From contig JAEEML010000037.1 in NCBI GenBank assembly GCA_016283195.1, positions 1 through 57,120 on the forward strand: DNA of 57,120 nt, given 5' to 3'. Below are positions 19,001 to 31,100 of the stretch, piece by piece. Made by a program: the position numbers and the translations under genes. Below the pieces are notes generated by a model, which saw only the letters and a list, made by a program, of their open reading frames with translations, was not told the origin of the DNA and did no database searches. Within the stretch, counting starts at the first letter, position 1; the number at the start of each line of letters is the position of its first letter. This stretch comes from Deltaproteobacteria bacterium. GTDB taxonomy: Bacteria; JAEEML01.

Positions 19001-19821
19001 ATTGGTACACCGTTTAGATAAAGGGTGGTGGAGGCCGTGCTGCGCAACACTATTTTATAGCTGCCCTCCGCCGGAACACTAACATAAACTTTGGCAAAAG
19101 CCACCGCTTGCCTATTGGGGCTTAAATAATTATCGAGTGAGAGCAGGCCGGTTTTATCGCTCTGTACTGTGCGCCAGGAAATCGGCCGCACCATGCCGCT
19201 ATAACTATCCTCTTCGCGTTCTTCATATTCCGGTTCATAAACGGTATTAAAGCCCTTGCCGTGATCGTTATCGAGAGAGCCTAAAAGTCGCCATTCCTTA
19301 ATGTACGGCACCATAGCCAAAATTGCCGCCGCCTCTTTATTGCGCCCGCGCGAGGCATAAAAGCTTTGCAAATAGCGAGCGGCTGTTATTTTGCGCTTTA
19401 TGTCGGTAGTATGGGCCAAAATATGTTCTAAGAGAGCGGCGAAGAGCTCTTGCTCGGCAAAAGTCGGCACAGCACTGCTACTTGCCATATAGATATTTAA
19501 ATCGCCATCGCTGCAACTGTCATCGACGGCGGCTTGCATAAAGTGTCTTAGGGCTTTATTGGAATCGCCGTTTAAAATTGCCAGGTGCCCGGCCATTTCA
19601 TGCAGAAGGCAATCGCCGCCCTGTTCTTTTAGAACCTGAGTTACTTCTCTATGCATTGCGTCATATTTCCACTCGCCGTTATAAAAGCGTTCGGCCAGTT
19701 CCTCGCTGGCAGAACTTATAGGGCGCTGCATCAGGCTAAAGCCGGAAAGAATGGTTGAATGAGAGGCGCAAGCAGCAAAAGTCAAAGAAATTAAAAGAAA
19801 ATATTTGTAATTATTATTCAT
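16024..19821 (-). CDS. Lipoprotein with TPRs, DUF3857 and transglutaminase-like domains
   Basis: Lipobox FAAC; TPR stretch; GYGDCKDKA, FNHAI, FMDPT (Cys-His-Asp triad). Confidence 0.85.
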   Translation of the reverse strand: MNNNYKYFLLISLTFAACASHSTILSGFSLMQRPISSASEELAERFYNGEWKYDAMHREVTQVLKEQGGDCLLHEMAGHLAILNGDSNKALRHFMQAAVDDSCSDGDLNIYMASSSAVPTFAEQELFAALLEHILAHTTDIKRKITAARYLQSFYASRGRNKEAAAILAMVPYIKEWRLLGSLDNDHGKGFNTVYEPEYEEREEDSYSGMVRPISWRTVQSDKTGLLSLDNYLSPNRQAVAFAKVYVSVPAEGSYKIVLRSTASTTLYLNGVPIFSDEYISAGNTNFDNIILPLKLKAGWNKILIKTAILSQEWSLRAYFLDAQNKPVYLPTSAIDQEFPAPAAQKTATLNVLPPKIEGTEKPLSKAPLLRQIETAHMQARLRHAQELLQNNESLSNPLYTYFAANTYLKNSYAGKALDVLQKSLSSDDEALPALLTMRANYYADKEIWDRALGDLALVKQKAPANRLAQISEVEFLERRGWNNEAKAALLEADKNIPDLIWLAQKRITLAEDMGYKNEALTLLKNWLKKEPASPWALDKLFNYYSRDKAYKEAEEYGLKLLGGEPGKEPISKNVATKVAAIRSRQKKYQAAAELLKVLGEQDPDWAKPHQMLGNIAREEGQKEAALAYYKEALTRDPQNHNLAELIDYLQNNNTDLVAKYLPKDSDIEEIINKSNELEYYPGASKAFLLDHEITIVNRDGSYKRVVTQITRALNTEGRDAIIAENLPTSGSIKILEAYARQPDGSRQEAASIRNNVIRFRGVEVGSSTVVQYVHYAPQEAFLPQHYSSAWFFQGVENQHESSIWLLAVPKDKPLLYNKPDIVELKTHDAGDYTLYEFSAKHVKPMVREASMPPLRDYLAKVVVTTVPTWDEYVAWDKSLITAALQKEQKITDLSLELTKDTEGKLNKFWKLYTYVSSEIRYQNDYENTIAGVRPHAPGLVLERGYGDCKDKALLLIAMSEAIGLKVDYVSVLTRPYGEVQKDLPIQQFNHAITYVPKQDGIEEGFFMDPTVDALDLGNLRLDDQGALTLIMDVKSGAYRFERIPFAPPEKEKKSLFVEVDLEDETRAYAQVKFIMRGQLGSTVRQVLRNDEMARLFFMRLSDSFFTGSSLMSVKANNAKEIEKPLELIMQLDISQSISLQGADIRLPLPYMLPKNAEVKLETRLYPLWYLGLEGYESELTVRLPEKAKVTFLPPDFKEEIAGMLLTERQSLASGREVKINSAYKRLLPQISPEDYPAYREALIKVAKRGEDALLVNLPKQKEQK

Positions 19822-19916
19822 GTGAACTCCTGCCCGGAAGTGACAGGGGAAGAAAATTCAGCAGGGTTTTTAACAAAATCAGTAGCCGTTTTTTAGATGG
19901 TAGCAAGCGGTTATTA

Positions 19917-21440
19917 TCAGCCGGCAAACATGGAGACTACATCACTCGATTGCGGCTCTTTAAAGTAAGAAACCAAGCGGCCTTTGCCGCCTAGTTCCTG
20001 GGCCAATTGCTCAAGTTCCCCGGCCTCGCGAGCGGCAATTAAAACCTCGATCGCCGCTTTTTGATCATCAACACTGTTTTTGCCGTCATTTAAGAGCAAT
20101 TTGGCCAGTTCGCACTTGGTTTCAAAAGAGGCTTTGCTCATGTATATAGCGGCATCATTTTCATGTTCCATGATGGCGGCTCTAATGCTCTCTCTGGCAT
20201 TGTGTTTCTCGCCGGGGGCAGTGAGAAAATCAGTCAGTTTGAGCAGCAAGGTGGAGCTCAAATTGGTGAGAGTGGTTAAAACCCAGCCGATGGCTTTGGA
20301 AACATTGCCGAAGAATCTGGCCAAATGACCGCCAACGCGGCTGAGCCAGTTGCCTTCCAGCATTTTGGTGCCGATTTCGATGAGCTTGTCGCCGCCCTCT
20401 TGCATGTTTTTGCCGATGAGGTTGCCGACTATATAGTTGGCTCCGCCGACAACTGTATTGATAACCGAGCCGGTAATTTGCCCGAGCCCCGCGCCGATAG
20501 CGCCGGTTTTCATGGCGTTTACACCGGCGGCCATGCCGTTGACACCGCCCAAAACGGCATTGACATTGGCTTGGCCAAGGTTATTCATAAAGTTGGGAGC
20601 TTCCAGCTCTTTGCCATCTTTGGAATCGGTGACAATCATGGTGCGTTCGCTGACAGGGAGAGCCAGCAAAACATCTTCGATAGAGCCGACGGAATTTCTC
20701 GCGGCTTTGACATTGGACCACTGGCGCATAAAATCATCGGCGTCTATGGCTTCAAAAGCGTTACTGCCGCCCCAGGGATTGCTGATGTGCACTTTGCTGA
20801 TTTTGCCGCTTTCATCGCGGTCAACACCGATGACGTTTACATAGTGCACGCCGGCTGTCGGGCTATAGGGGGATTCATAATCAAGCAGTACGGTTACATT
20901 ATGGCCGGAGCGTAACTGGCGGGCCACATCTTCCAGGTCGCATTTGCTGTATTGCTCGGCTTGCATACCGACAGCTTTGGCATATTTAACTATATCGCCG
21001 GGAGAAGTGGGGGTACCGGCACCGATATTCCAGGGGCGAATAGCTTTATCTACAAAGTGAAAATCGGTTTCGCCTTGAACCGGAATACCTTTGCCGCCCA
21101 AAATCATGGCCAGGCTGGTGGTACCGCAGGAATTATAAGCACCCTGGCGGGCCGGGATAACATTCTCTTTGTAATTGGCCATAGCGGCCGCTTCCTGTTC
21201 GCGCCAAAGATTGAGCTCGGCAGAGCTGTTAGCGCCTTTGGAGCTTTTGGCAAACGGCGAAAGAACCGGTGAACCGTTTGCAGAGCCGGCCGCATCGGTT
21301 ACCATATAATCATCGGCACTGTTTAAAGTAGTGCTTGCCGGCGCCGGTGCTTCTTTGGCTACAGGCTGTGAAACGCCGAAGGTATTGGTGTTATTGATAA
21401 GATTCCATGAATTGTTACCGTATCCAGAAATTGCGCTCAT
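19917..21440 (-). CDS. Papain-like (C39-like) cysteine peptidase with Gly-rich hydrophobic region; candidate effector
   Basis: QGAYNSCGTTSLAM, HYVNVIG, ISNPWG; Ser/Asn-rich N-terminus without signal peptide; glycine-zipper-like C-terminal half. Confidence 0.75.
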   Translation of the reverse strand: MSAISGYGNNSWNLINNTNTFGVSQPVAKEAPAPASTTLNSADDYMVTDAAGSANGSPVLSPFAKSSKGANSSAELNLWREQEAAAMANYKENVIPARQGAYNSCGTTSLAMILGGKGIPVQGETDFHFVDKAIRPWNIGAGTPTSPGDIVKYAKAVGMQAEQYSKCDLEDVARQLRSGHNVTVLLDYESPYSPTAGVHYVNVIGVDRDESGKISKVHISNPWGGSNAFEAIDADDFMRQWSNVKAARNSVGSIEDVLLALPVSERTMIVTDSKDGKELEAPNFMNNLGQANVNAVLGGVNGMAAGVNAMKTGAIGAGLGQITGSVINTVVGGANYIVGNLIGKNMQEGGDKLIEIGTKMLEGNWLSRVGGHLARFFGNVSKAIGWVLTTLTNLSSTLLLKLTDFLTAPGEKHNARESIRAAIMEHENDAAIYMSKASFETKCELAKLLLNDGKNSVDDQKAAIEVLIAAREAGELEQLAQELGGKGRLVSYFKEPQSSDVVSMFAG

Positions 21441-21475
21441 AAAATACCCCCTTTATGAGTTACAAGGCGCTATGA

Positions 21476-21502
21476 GTATCGGGCAAATTTTTAAAATGTT
21501 GC
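21476..21502 (-). promoter_or_regulatory. Putative FliA/sigma28-type promoter GCAAC-N14-CCCGATAC
   Basis: Same spacing and core as the motifs at 10804-10830 and 40249-40275; 35 nt upstream of the peptidase start. Confidence 0.5.
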
Positions 21503-21520
21503 GTCTTTATTTTAACATTC

Positions 21521-21973
21521 CTACTTATCGGTTAATTTTAAGCTTTTAACTATTTCCGTCAGCACCTGCCAGCCCTCATCAATACCGGGTTCGGTGGTGG
21601 TAAGAGTGGCGGTCATTAAAGCATCGCCGATAAAAAAGACATATATAAGTTGTTCCAGCTGAAAATAAGAGACAAAGGAGAAGTGGGCTTTGGCACACTT
21701 ATAGCTGCCCACCTGACATTCCTGGCAAAAATCCAGTTTAAAATTCTCCAGTTGCGGGCGAATTTGGTTGATTTTGTTCTGCAAATACGGCACCGGCGCC
21801 GGCGCTTTGCCCACCACATCGCGATTTATAGTGATGCTTAAAGGATAGCCTTTGGCCCCGGGCAGGGGACGGCCGTTTTTATCGAGAGGCACCGGTCGTT
21901 CCAAAGAAACTGTGGTACTGTCATTAAAACCTTCCGGCATTTCAATATCGATGGTGGCATGAGTTACGCGCAT
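21521..21973 (-). CDS. DcrB/DUF1795 (PsbP/Mog1-fold)-like protein (start revised to MRVTHA)
   Basis: RBS GAGGAG before 21973; MPEGFNDST, SITINRD, TATLTT, C-terminal IVKSLKL pattern. Confidence 0.65.
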   Translation of the reverse strand: MRVTHATIDIEMPEGFNDSTTVSLERPVPLDKNGRPLPGAKGYPLSITINRDVVGKAPAPVPYLQNKINQIRPQLENFKLDFCQECQVGSYKCAKAHFSFVSYFQLEQLIYVFFIGDALMTATLTTTEPGIDEGWQVLTEIVKSLKLTDK

Positions 21974-22169
21974 ATAAATCTCCTCGGCTCTTTTGATAAA
22001 ACCGTAAAGCACCTTCTTTGTTGTTACTTCAGAAGAGCGCCTTTGACAAGTTCATATTTAGTGCGCAAAAATTTGCAATTTTCCTGTTTCTCAAGGCTAC
22101 CAATTCGCGCATTTTTTCTATATAGTAGCGCCGCTTATTGGGCTATTTCCAGCTGATAAGGGGTAAATA

Positions 22170-25100
22170 ATGGAACAAACATTACAAGAACTGGCTAAAG
22201 AAATTATCGGAAAAACCAATATTCAAGCGGAGTTGGATAATTTTTGCGAGAATTATCTAAATGACGAACGCTATGAAGAGCTGTTACAGAATTTGGAAAC
22301 GCTCGCCACTCTTACCGCCGAAGACGTTGCCGTAACTGCGGCGGTTTTAAATAAAACAGCTGATGTGGCCCTGCTTTTTGACTTGGAGCAAAGAGCCGAA
22401 CATTATTATCGCCGGGTTGTTGCCGCCTCACCGGATAACGTGGAAGCCTTGAGAGGTCTTAGAAAGATTTATCAGGGTTGGGGTGATGTGGGAAGAGCCG
22501 CTCTTCTCTATGAAAAAGAACTCTCTCTGGAACCGGATGAACAAAAGAAACTGGCCGGTTATTTGGAACTTGGTGAAATATACCGCTCGCAGCTTGATGA
22601 ACCGGAGAAGGCCGAGGCAGCCTTTGGTGAAGCTTTAAAAATAGATCCGCAAAATGCTGCTGCTATTTCGGCTTTGGCTGCTGTTTCTGTGGCCGGCGAA
22701 AAGTGGGAACTGGCCGTTACCTATTTGGAAAAAGAGCTTATTGTTTGCGGCGTGAGTGCCGACCTTGAAGGGCGCATTATTAAAACTTTAAACAAATTGG
22801 CCGCGCGGCCGATAACCCACAAACTGGCCGAAAAATTGGCAGAAAGTGCCAAAGAAAACGGCTTGGAAAGTGCTGAAATTTCTGCTATTTCAACAGAACT
22901 TGCCGCCGAAGCGCAGAACTGGGCCGAAAAGACGCAAAAACTGGCCGGCGAAGCCATGGAGACTTTGGAGCAGGATCCGGCCAAAGCAGCCGAAGATTAT
23001 GTGCTTATAGCCGAATATATTATGGTTTACGGCGCCGATGTGGACGCGGCCGAAAAATGGTTGGAATCCAGCCTTTTGATTTGGCCGGCTATGCCCAGAG
23101 CCCTGAGTGTTTTGGAACAAATATGCCTCTCCACCGGCCGCCTCTCCGAGCTGGCACAAAAGCTGGAAGCTATGGCGAGCAGCGCCCCAAGCAGCACGGC
23201 GGCGGCAGCTTTGCTGGCGAGAGCAGCGCAGATTTACAGCGATTCTTTGCAAAATGAGGAAGCAGCGGCCGCTACTTATGCCAAGTTATTGCAATTTGAT
23301 CCCTGTGACCAAAAAGCGGTGACGGCTCTCACCGATTATTACCGCAAAAATCAAAAATGGAATGAATGTCTTACCACTTTGGTCTTTGCCGCAAAACATG
23401 CCGAAAACTCGGCTGATAAAATAAAATATTTTGAAAATATTTGCGAAATTTTGGAAAAAGAGCTCGGTGATAAAGAACGCGCCATTCCTTATTACAAGTA
23501 TATATTGAGCCTTGATCATCACCATGTCGGGGCAGCCAAAGCTTTGGAAGGTGTTTTGCGCGCTGCCGGTGATGCCGCCGGGCTGGCTCTTTGCCTTACT
23601 CCCCTGGCGCAGGCCAGTGAAGGAGCCGAAAGAGCAGCTTATCTGAAAGAGCTTATCGGCCTTTACGAAGGAGCGCTCGCCGACCACACCAAAGCCGTAA
23701 CTATTATGACTATGTTGGTGCGCGAAGAACCGACAGCCGAAAATTTGGATAAATTACTTGGCGATTTGCAAAACGATAAAGAGCTCTCTATTGCCACGAG
23801 AAGCCTGAAAGAGGCTATAAAAGAGACCGCAGATGAGAAAACCAGAATAGCCTTTATGCTGGCTCTCGCTTCCTGTTACGAAAAAGGTGACAGCCCCTGG
23901 GCCGCTGCCGATATTTATGCCGAAGTGCTCTCTATTGATCCGGAAAACAGCGTGGCCAAGGAAAAAGCCGGCAAGAGCGAAACCAATACCGCCGGTATTG
24001 AAGCGGTGACCATGGAGCACATTGCCGCCGCTACCTCTAGTGAAGAAAAAATAAGAGCCCTCATCGCCGGCGCCGAAGAAGCCAAACTTGACCGCCCGGA
24101 AAAGGCTGTGGATTTTCTAAACCAGGCTATTGCTCTCGATAAAAACAACCTGGCCACTATGGATCTTTTAATAGACCTTTTGAGCCGCCTAAAACGCTTG
24201 CCGGCACTGGCCGATATTTTGGAAAAACGCTGTGCCTTAAGCGAAGGGAGCGTGCTGGCCGAAAAACGGCGCGAACTGGCCGAAGTTTTTGAAAAACTGG
24301 ACAACGGCAAAAGGGCGGCGGCCATCTATATGGATATTTTGCAAGATAATCCGGACGATGCCGAAGCTCTGGAAGCTTTGGAAAACCTCCTTAAAAGAGG
24401 TGTGGAGATTCTCTCCATCAGTAAAATGGTGCGCCCCATTTATAAAGCAAAGGGGCGCTATGACGCACTGGCGGAAATAGACGAACTCCTCTATTCCAAA
24501 GTGCGTACCAGCCAGGAAAAAATAGAGCTTTTGCTGGAAATTGCCGATTGTTATGATGCGCATTTAAGCGATGCCGAAAAGGCCCTTAATGCCCTCTTTA
24601 GAGCTTTGCGCCTGGCTCCGGAAAGAAGCGATATTCAGGCCAAAGTGGAAGCTACCAGTGCCGAAGCCGAAGGGCAGGGCGGTTATGAAACTCTCGTGAA
24701 TAATTATGTGGAAATAGCCCGTTCGCTCTCACCCTTAAAAGCGCAGCCCCTGTGGCTCAAAGTGGGAGAAATAGCCTCTCTGCGCATGAAGGATCTTAAC
24801 CTGGCCGCTACAGCTCTGCTTTCGGCCTTTACCAGTACCCCGCGCGATGAAAAAGTAATCAGCGCCATGGGTATTCTCTTTAATGAGGCCGGCAGCCAAA
24901 TTCTTTTGGATAAGACGGCCGAAATGTGGGCCGGTAAAGACAGCAAGTTTACCAAACTTCTTTATAAAAATTTGGCCAAAGCTGCCGAAAACGGCGGCGC
25001 CGGCACCCTAGCTACCGCTCTTTGGAATAAAGTGCGCGAGCTGGATCCCGAAGACAGCGAAGTATTAAAAGCCACCGAGCGCCTGGCCGAAGCCAGCGGC

Positions 25101-28100
25101 GATACGGCAGCTATGGCCGATAATTTGCGCAAAAAACTGGAAAAAGCTACCGGTGCTCATCGGCAAAAACTGGTTTTGCAACTGGCCGATATGTTACTTG
25201 AGGAGGACGATAAAGCCGCCGAAGTTAAAGAACTTTTGGATAACGAAAAAGGCGAAAATCCCTCCAAAGATTTTCTGGCCCGCCTCATTAACGTGAGCCG
25301 CACTCTCGATGATAAAGAGGCTTTAAAAGCTAATTTGTCCGCCCTCATTTCTTTGCAAGGCGCAGGTGCCGAGCGCAATGCCAATATTATCGAACTGGCT
25401 CGTCTGGAAGACGAATGCGGCGATAAAGATGGTGCTCTTCTCCATATCGAGGAGGTGTTACATAGCAAAGATCCGGGAAGCGAGGCTATAACTCTCCTTG
25501 AAGAACTTCTTTTGGATGCCGATGATGAGTTTCATGCCAAAGCCGATAAGCTCCTGGCCGATAGTTATGCCGCCGCCGGTCGCTATGCCGAGGCTATTGC
25601 TCTTTGGGAGAAAATAGCTCTGGCTACAGCCGATACAGCCGCGCAAACGGAGCTCTACCGCCAAATTGCTGCCACGCAGCAAAATAAATTAAATGATAAC
25701 GGCGCCGCTTTTGCCACGCTCATAAAAGTATTTAATGTCAGCCCCAAAGATGCCCAGCTGCGTAAAGAACTGGAAACTTTGGCCGAAGCCTCCGGTAATT
25801 GGGAGGAACTGGTTAAAGCTTACCAGGCCGCGCTGCCGGCTCTTGAAGGTGAAGTAGCCGCTACTGTTATTAACAGACGCATAGCGGAAATTTTGGAGAC
25901 CAAACTTGGTAGAGCGGCCGAAGCCATTGAGTATTATAAAGCTTCCGGCGGCACCGGCGGCGCTCTGCCCGATGATTTGCCGGCTTTGCAATCTATGGAG
26001 CGCCTCTTGCGCTCGCAGGAAAATAGCGTTGATTTGGCGCCGGTCCTAGAGAAAATGGCCTCTCTCCTGCCGGAAAACGACAAAAAACACCGCAAAGAAT
26101 ATTTGGCTGAAAGTGCCAAAATATATGTTGATGTGATGGGTGATTTAAATAGCGGCGCCCGCCTTTATGAGAGCGCTATGGAAATAGACCCGCGCGACAA
26201 AGAGGTTTTGGCAAATTTGGATCAGCTTTATATCCAAATGGCTGATTGGAAAAAGCTGGCGGATTTATTAACAAAACGCATCGAAGCCGCCGGTATATCT
26301 CCCGATGTGGTGGATTTGCACCTAAGACGCGCCAAACTGATGATGGATGAATTCCACGATACACAGGCCGCGCTCAACCATTACAAAACTGTTTTGGTGA
26401 AAAAGCGCAACCACGAAGGGGCAGTTGCCGGCCTGGAAGAGCTCTTGCCGCTAGTGGAAAATAAGGCGGAAATAGCCCAAATTCTGGAGCCTATCTATAC
26501 CAGCGCTCAAAATAATGAAAAACTGGCCTGGATTTTGGAAGTACGCCTGGATTTGGTGGAAGCGCCGCAAAAGAAGAGCCTCCTCCGCCGCATCGGCGAT
26601 ATTTATGAAAATAAACTAGGCAAAAAAGCCGAGGCTATGAGCTATGCCAGAAGAGCTATGCATGCCGATCCCAATGATATGGGTATTCAAATGTGGCTGG
26701 CTAAACTGGCGGCGGAGACGGAAAATTACGATCTTTTGGCTTCCGCCTATGTGGAAGAAGTGGAAAATGTCGATGAAAAGATGGCCCTTAGGTTCCATCG
26801 CAACGCCGCCTCCATTTTCCATGAAAAATTGCAAGATTACCCGGCAGCCATTGAGGAATACCGGGCTATTGTGGCCGCCGATCCCAAAGATGAAAAAGCT
26901 CTCGGCAGCATGGAAGCCATTTTTAGAGAGCAGAATAATTTTGCCGAACTGGCACTCGTTTTGCGTAAGCGCGCCGATATGACCGTGGGCATGGAGCGCC
27001 GTCGCGAAATTTTGAGCGAACTGGGTTCTATTTACGGTGACAAACTTAGCGACGGCGCCAAAGCCATTGCCGTCTTTAAAGAAGTGCTGGCTATTGCTCC
27101 AGATGATCTTTCGGCTTTTGAAAATGCCGAGCGCCTTTTGGCTTCCGGTCAGGAGTGGGATAATCTGGCCAATTTCTATAAAGGCGAAATTGAGCGCCTA
27201 GCCACCAAGCGCGGAGTTGAGCCGCGCACTCGCCGCCTGGAACTCATGTTAAAACGGGCTAAAGTGCTGGATAGCAATTTGGGCGATTTTGATGCCGCTA
27301 CCGCTATTTTGACCGATATCTTCAAAGAAGCGCCGGATAACAGCGCCGCCTGGGAATATGGCGAGGAGCGTATTACTGCCAAGGTGGCAACTGCTGAAAC
27401 TATTGCCCTGCTTGAGGATATTTATCAAAAAGAGAGCGAGTGGGAGAAATACATTGCCATTCTTGAGCGCAAATTGCAGCTCATTGCCAGCCAGGAAGAG
27501 CGGCCGGCTATTTATAAAGAAATAGCTACCACCATTTTGGAAAAACTTGGCCAGAGCGAGCGGGCATATATGGTGCTCTGCCGCGCCTTTGACGAAGACA
27601 GAGCAGCCGAATCTGTCCGCGAAATGCTGGAAGAACTAACCGATAAACTAAATAAATACGAAGATTTGGCTGAGATATACGCCGACAGTCTGGAAACTCT
27701 TCCCGATCAGGATTTGCGCCTCAAAACCATTCTTAAATTGGCGAGTATCTATGACGAAAAGCTGAAAAACAGCGAAAGCGCCATTTCTTGGTACGAAAAA
27801 GCGCTGGAAGCGGTGCCGAATGACGCGGCTATTTTGGCTAACCTGGATCGCCTCTTTACTGCCACCGAAGCCTGGAACAAGTTAATTACCGTTTTGGAAC
27901 AGGAAATAGAGATAAGCTCCGAGTCTAAAGACAAAGTGGCCTTCCTCTTGCGCCTGGCCGAGGTGTGGAACAATCAGCTCTTTGAAGACGAACAGGCTCT
28001 TAATTCCTACAAAAAAGTTTTGGAATTAGACCCGGAAAATATCCCCGCTTTAAAAGCTACCGCCAATATTTACGAAGAGACTGACAGTTACGAAAACCTG

Positions 28101-31100
28101 GCCGAATCTTTAAGAAAACAGGCTGAGCTTTTGCCTGATAACGAGGAGCAATTCCGCATTCATAAACGCCTGGCCGAGCTTTCGGCTGAGGAATTTAGCG
28201 ATTTTGCCGACTCTATCGAGCACTGGAAAAAGGTTATTGCCATTACTCCGAGTGACGAAGAAGCACAGCGCTCACTGGAATTTTTGCTCAATGAAGAAGA
28301 GCGCTGGGAAGAGCTGGCCGACCATTATCGCCTGCTTTTGACTTTAAAGAGCGATGAGCAGGAAAAGGCGGAAATATATAGTAAATTAGGTGTGGTTTTG
28401 GGTGAAAAACTGGGCCGCACTACCGATGCTCTCTCCTCTTGGGAAGAGGTTCTCAACACCGATCCGCATAATCTGGAAGCCCTCCGCGCCCTCATGCCGA
28501 TTTATCTCGAGCGGGCCATGTTCGACAAGTTTGAAGAAGTGGCCAAAGTGGCTATGCCGCTGGTGGAAGCCGAAGAAGCGCAAACTATCCGCTTTAATCT
28601 GGCTAAAGTCATCGGCCTGGAACTTAATCGCCCGGAAGAGGGTATTACTATGGCCAAAGATTACCTGCGCCTGGAGCAGGTAAAGGCCGACGAACTGGAA
28701 GAACTGGGCGCTGCTCTCGAAAAGATGGAAGCTTTTGCCGATGCGGCGACAGCTTATGCCAAAGCACCGGATCTTTTGGAAGGCCAGGTTGATAAGCAAG
28801 TTGAGCTCTACTTAAAAGCGGCCAATATTTGCCGCGACAAATTGGAGAGCGAGAAAAAGGCCACCGAATATCTGGAGAGTCTGCGCGAAGTTAAAGCCGA
28901 CCACAAAGAGGCTTTTGACCGCCTGCGGGCTATTTATAAAGAGACAGAACAGTGGCGTAAACTCATAGCTCTTGATGATGATTTTGTAAATTACGCTGAT
29001 AAAGAGCTCGCTTATGAGCTGCTTTCGGAAATTCGCGATATTCAGAATAATCAGCTGGCCGAAAAGGAGATGGCCTTCTTAACCGCCTGCCGGGCCTTTA
29101 AAGCGCGCCCAGATTTGCCGGAAGCCGCTGCCGCTTTGGAAGAAATTGGCGCCGCTACAGAATCTATCGAAGAGGCTGTGGCCATTATGGAGGAGGATGT
29201 TGAAAATGTGGCCGATATACCGGCCCGGGTGGAACTCCTCCGCCGCATCGCCGTTATTTATGCCGAAAAGATGGATAATATCCCCGAAGCCGAGCGGATA
29301 TTAAAAGATCTCCGAGCTATCGCACCGGAAGATCTCGATGCTCTCGATAAACTGGCTGCTCTTGCTGCCCGCGAAGAGCGCTTTGATAAAGAGCTGGAAG
29401 CTATGGAGACTAAGCTCTCCATAGTGCCGGAGCTGGAAGATAAAAAGCGCCTGCTTTATGATATTGCTCATGTTTATGAAGACAGCATAGAAGATACCGA
29501 TGGCGCTATAGCCACCTATAAACGCATTTTGGAATACGATCCCAAAGATAGAAATTCTTTGGAACAAATGCAGCGTATTTACACCGCCCAGGAATCCTGG
29601 GAAGAACTGGTGGAAACTCTCTCCAAGCTGGTGGAGCTCTCGCAGGATGTAAATGAGCTGGTGGAAATCGAGCTCCGCGTGGCCCGTATTTTGGAGAATC
29701 AGCTGGAGCGCCCGGATGACGCTATCGGCTGGTATAACGCCATTTTGGAGCTGGTACCAGGCCACAGCGAAACCCTCTCGGCTCTCGAAAATCTCTATAC
29801 CAATTTGGAGCGCTGGCGCGAGCTTGTGCAGGTATATGAGCAGGAGCTGCAAGCCACAGAAGATACCGATACCCAAGTGGCCATTATGAGCAAAGTGGCC
29901 ATCATTTATGAGACGCAGTTTGATTCTGCCCAGGATGCCGTCTATGTTTATGAGCGCATTCTCGATATTGACAGCACCAATTTAAAAGCCTTTGCCGCTA
30001 TTGAGCGCCTTTTAAGAACTATCGGCGAGTGGACAAAACTCATCTCCTTCTTAGAGCGCCACATTGCTCTACTTGACAGCAATGACGAAAAAGTGGCGAT
30101 TTACCTGCAAATTGCCGAAATTTATTACCAGGAACTCAAGCTGGTTAATAAAGCCGAAGAAACTTACAATATTGCCTATAAGATGGATTCCACCAATGCC
30201 GACGCTATCCTGGCTCTAAGCCAGCTCTATGAGCGCTCCGGTAACTGGTTTGCCGCTCTTGATATGTTGCAAAAAGGCGCCGATGTTTTGGGCAAAGATC
30301 GCAAAGCTGTGCGCCTCTTATTCCGTATGGGGCGCATTAATCAGGAGATGCTTTGGGATATGGGCACCGCCAAGAGCTGCTACTTAAAAGCTCTGGAAAT
30401 CGACGATACCCACATGGCTTCCCTGGCCGCTCTTAAAGAAATCGCCTATAGCGAAAAGGATTGGGACAATTATATTGAATACTTAATTGTCGAAGCCGAT
30501 AACGCCGACGATGATGAAGAAAAATGCGAGCTTTACTATGAAACAGCCGAATTTTTCCGCACCACCAAGATGGACGACGATCAAGCCGCTTCCTTCTATG
30601 AAAAAGCTCTGGCGGCCAATCCCGAGTATCTGCCGGCGGCCAATCAGCTGGCCGAGCTCTGCTTTAAGATGGAAAAGTGGGCCAGAGCCCGCGAACTTTA
30701 CACCCAGGCTATTAATGGCGCCGATAGTAACAAGAATAACCACGAACTTTCGCAAAAGCATTATCGCCTTGGTTATGTTTGCGCCAAACTTGATGACAAA
30801 GATGAGGCTTTGAACCATTACCAAAAAGCAGTGGAGTGCGATCCCACTTATCTGCCGGCTCTCGAAGGTCTCTCGCAGGCACTTTTAAATGCCGAAGCTT
30901 ATGAAGAGGCTATCAAAGTCTTCCAGATGATGCTCATCCACCACCGCGACAGCTTAACAGAATCGGAAGTGGTGGATATTCAATATCAAATTGGTGATCT
31001 TTACCTCAAGATCGGCCAGCTTGACCGGGCTCTTAGAGAGTTTGAAAAGTGCCTTAAAATCGATCCTGACCATCCGCAAACTCTGGAAGCTATGGCCGGT

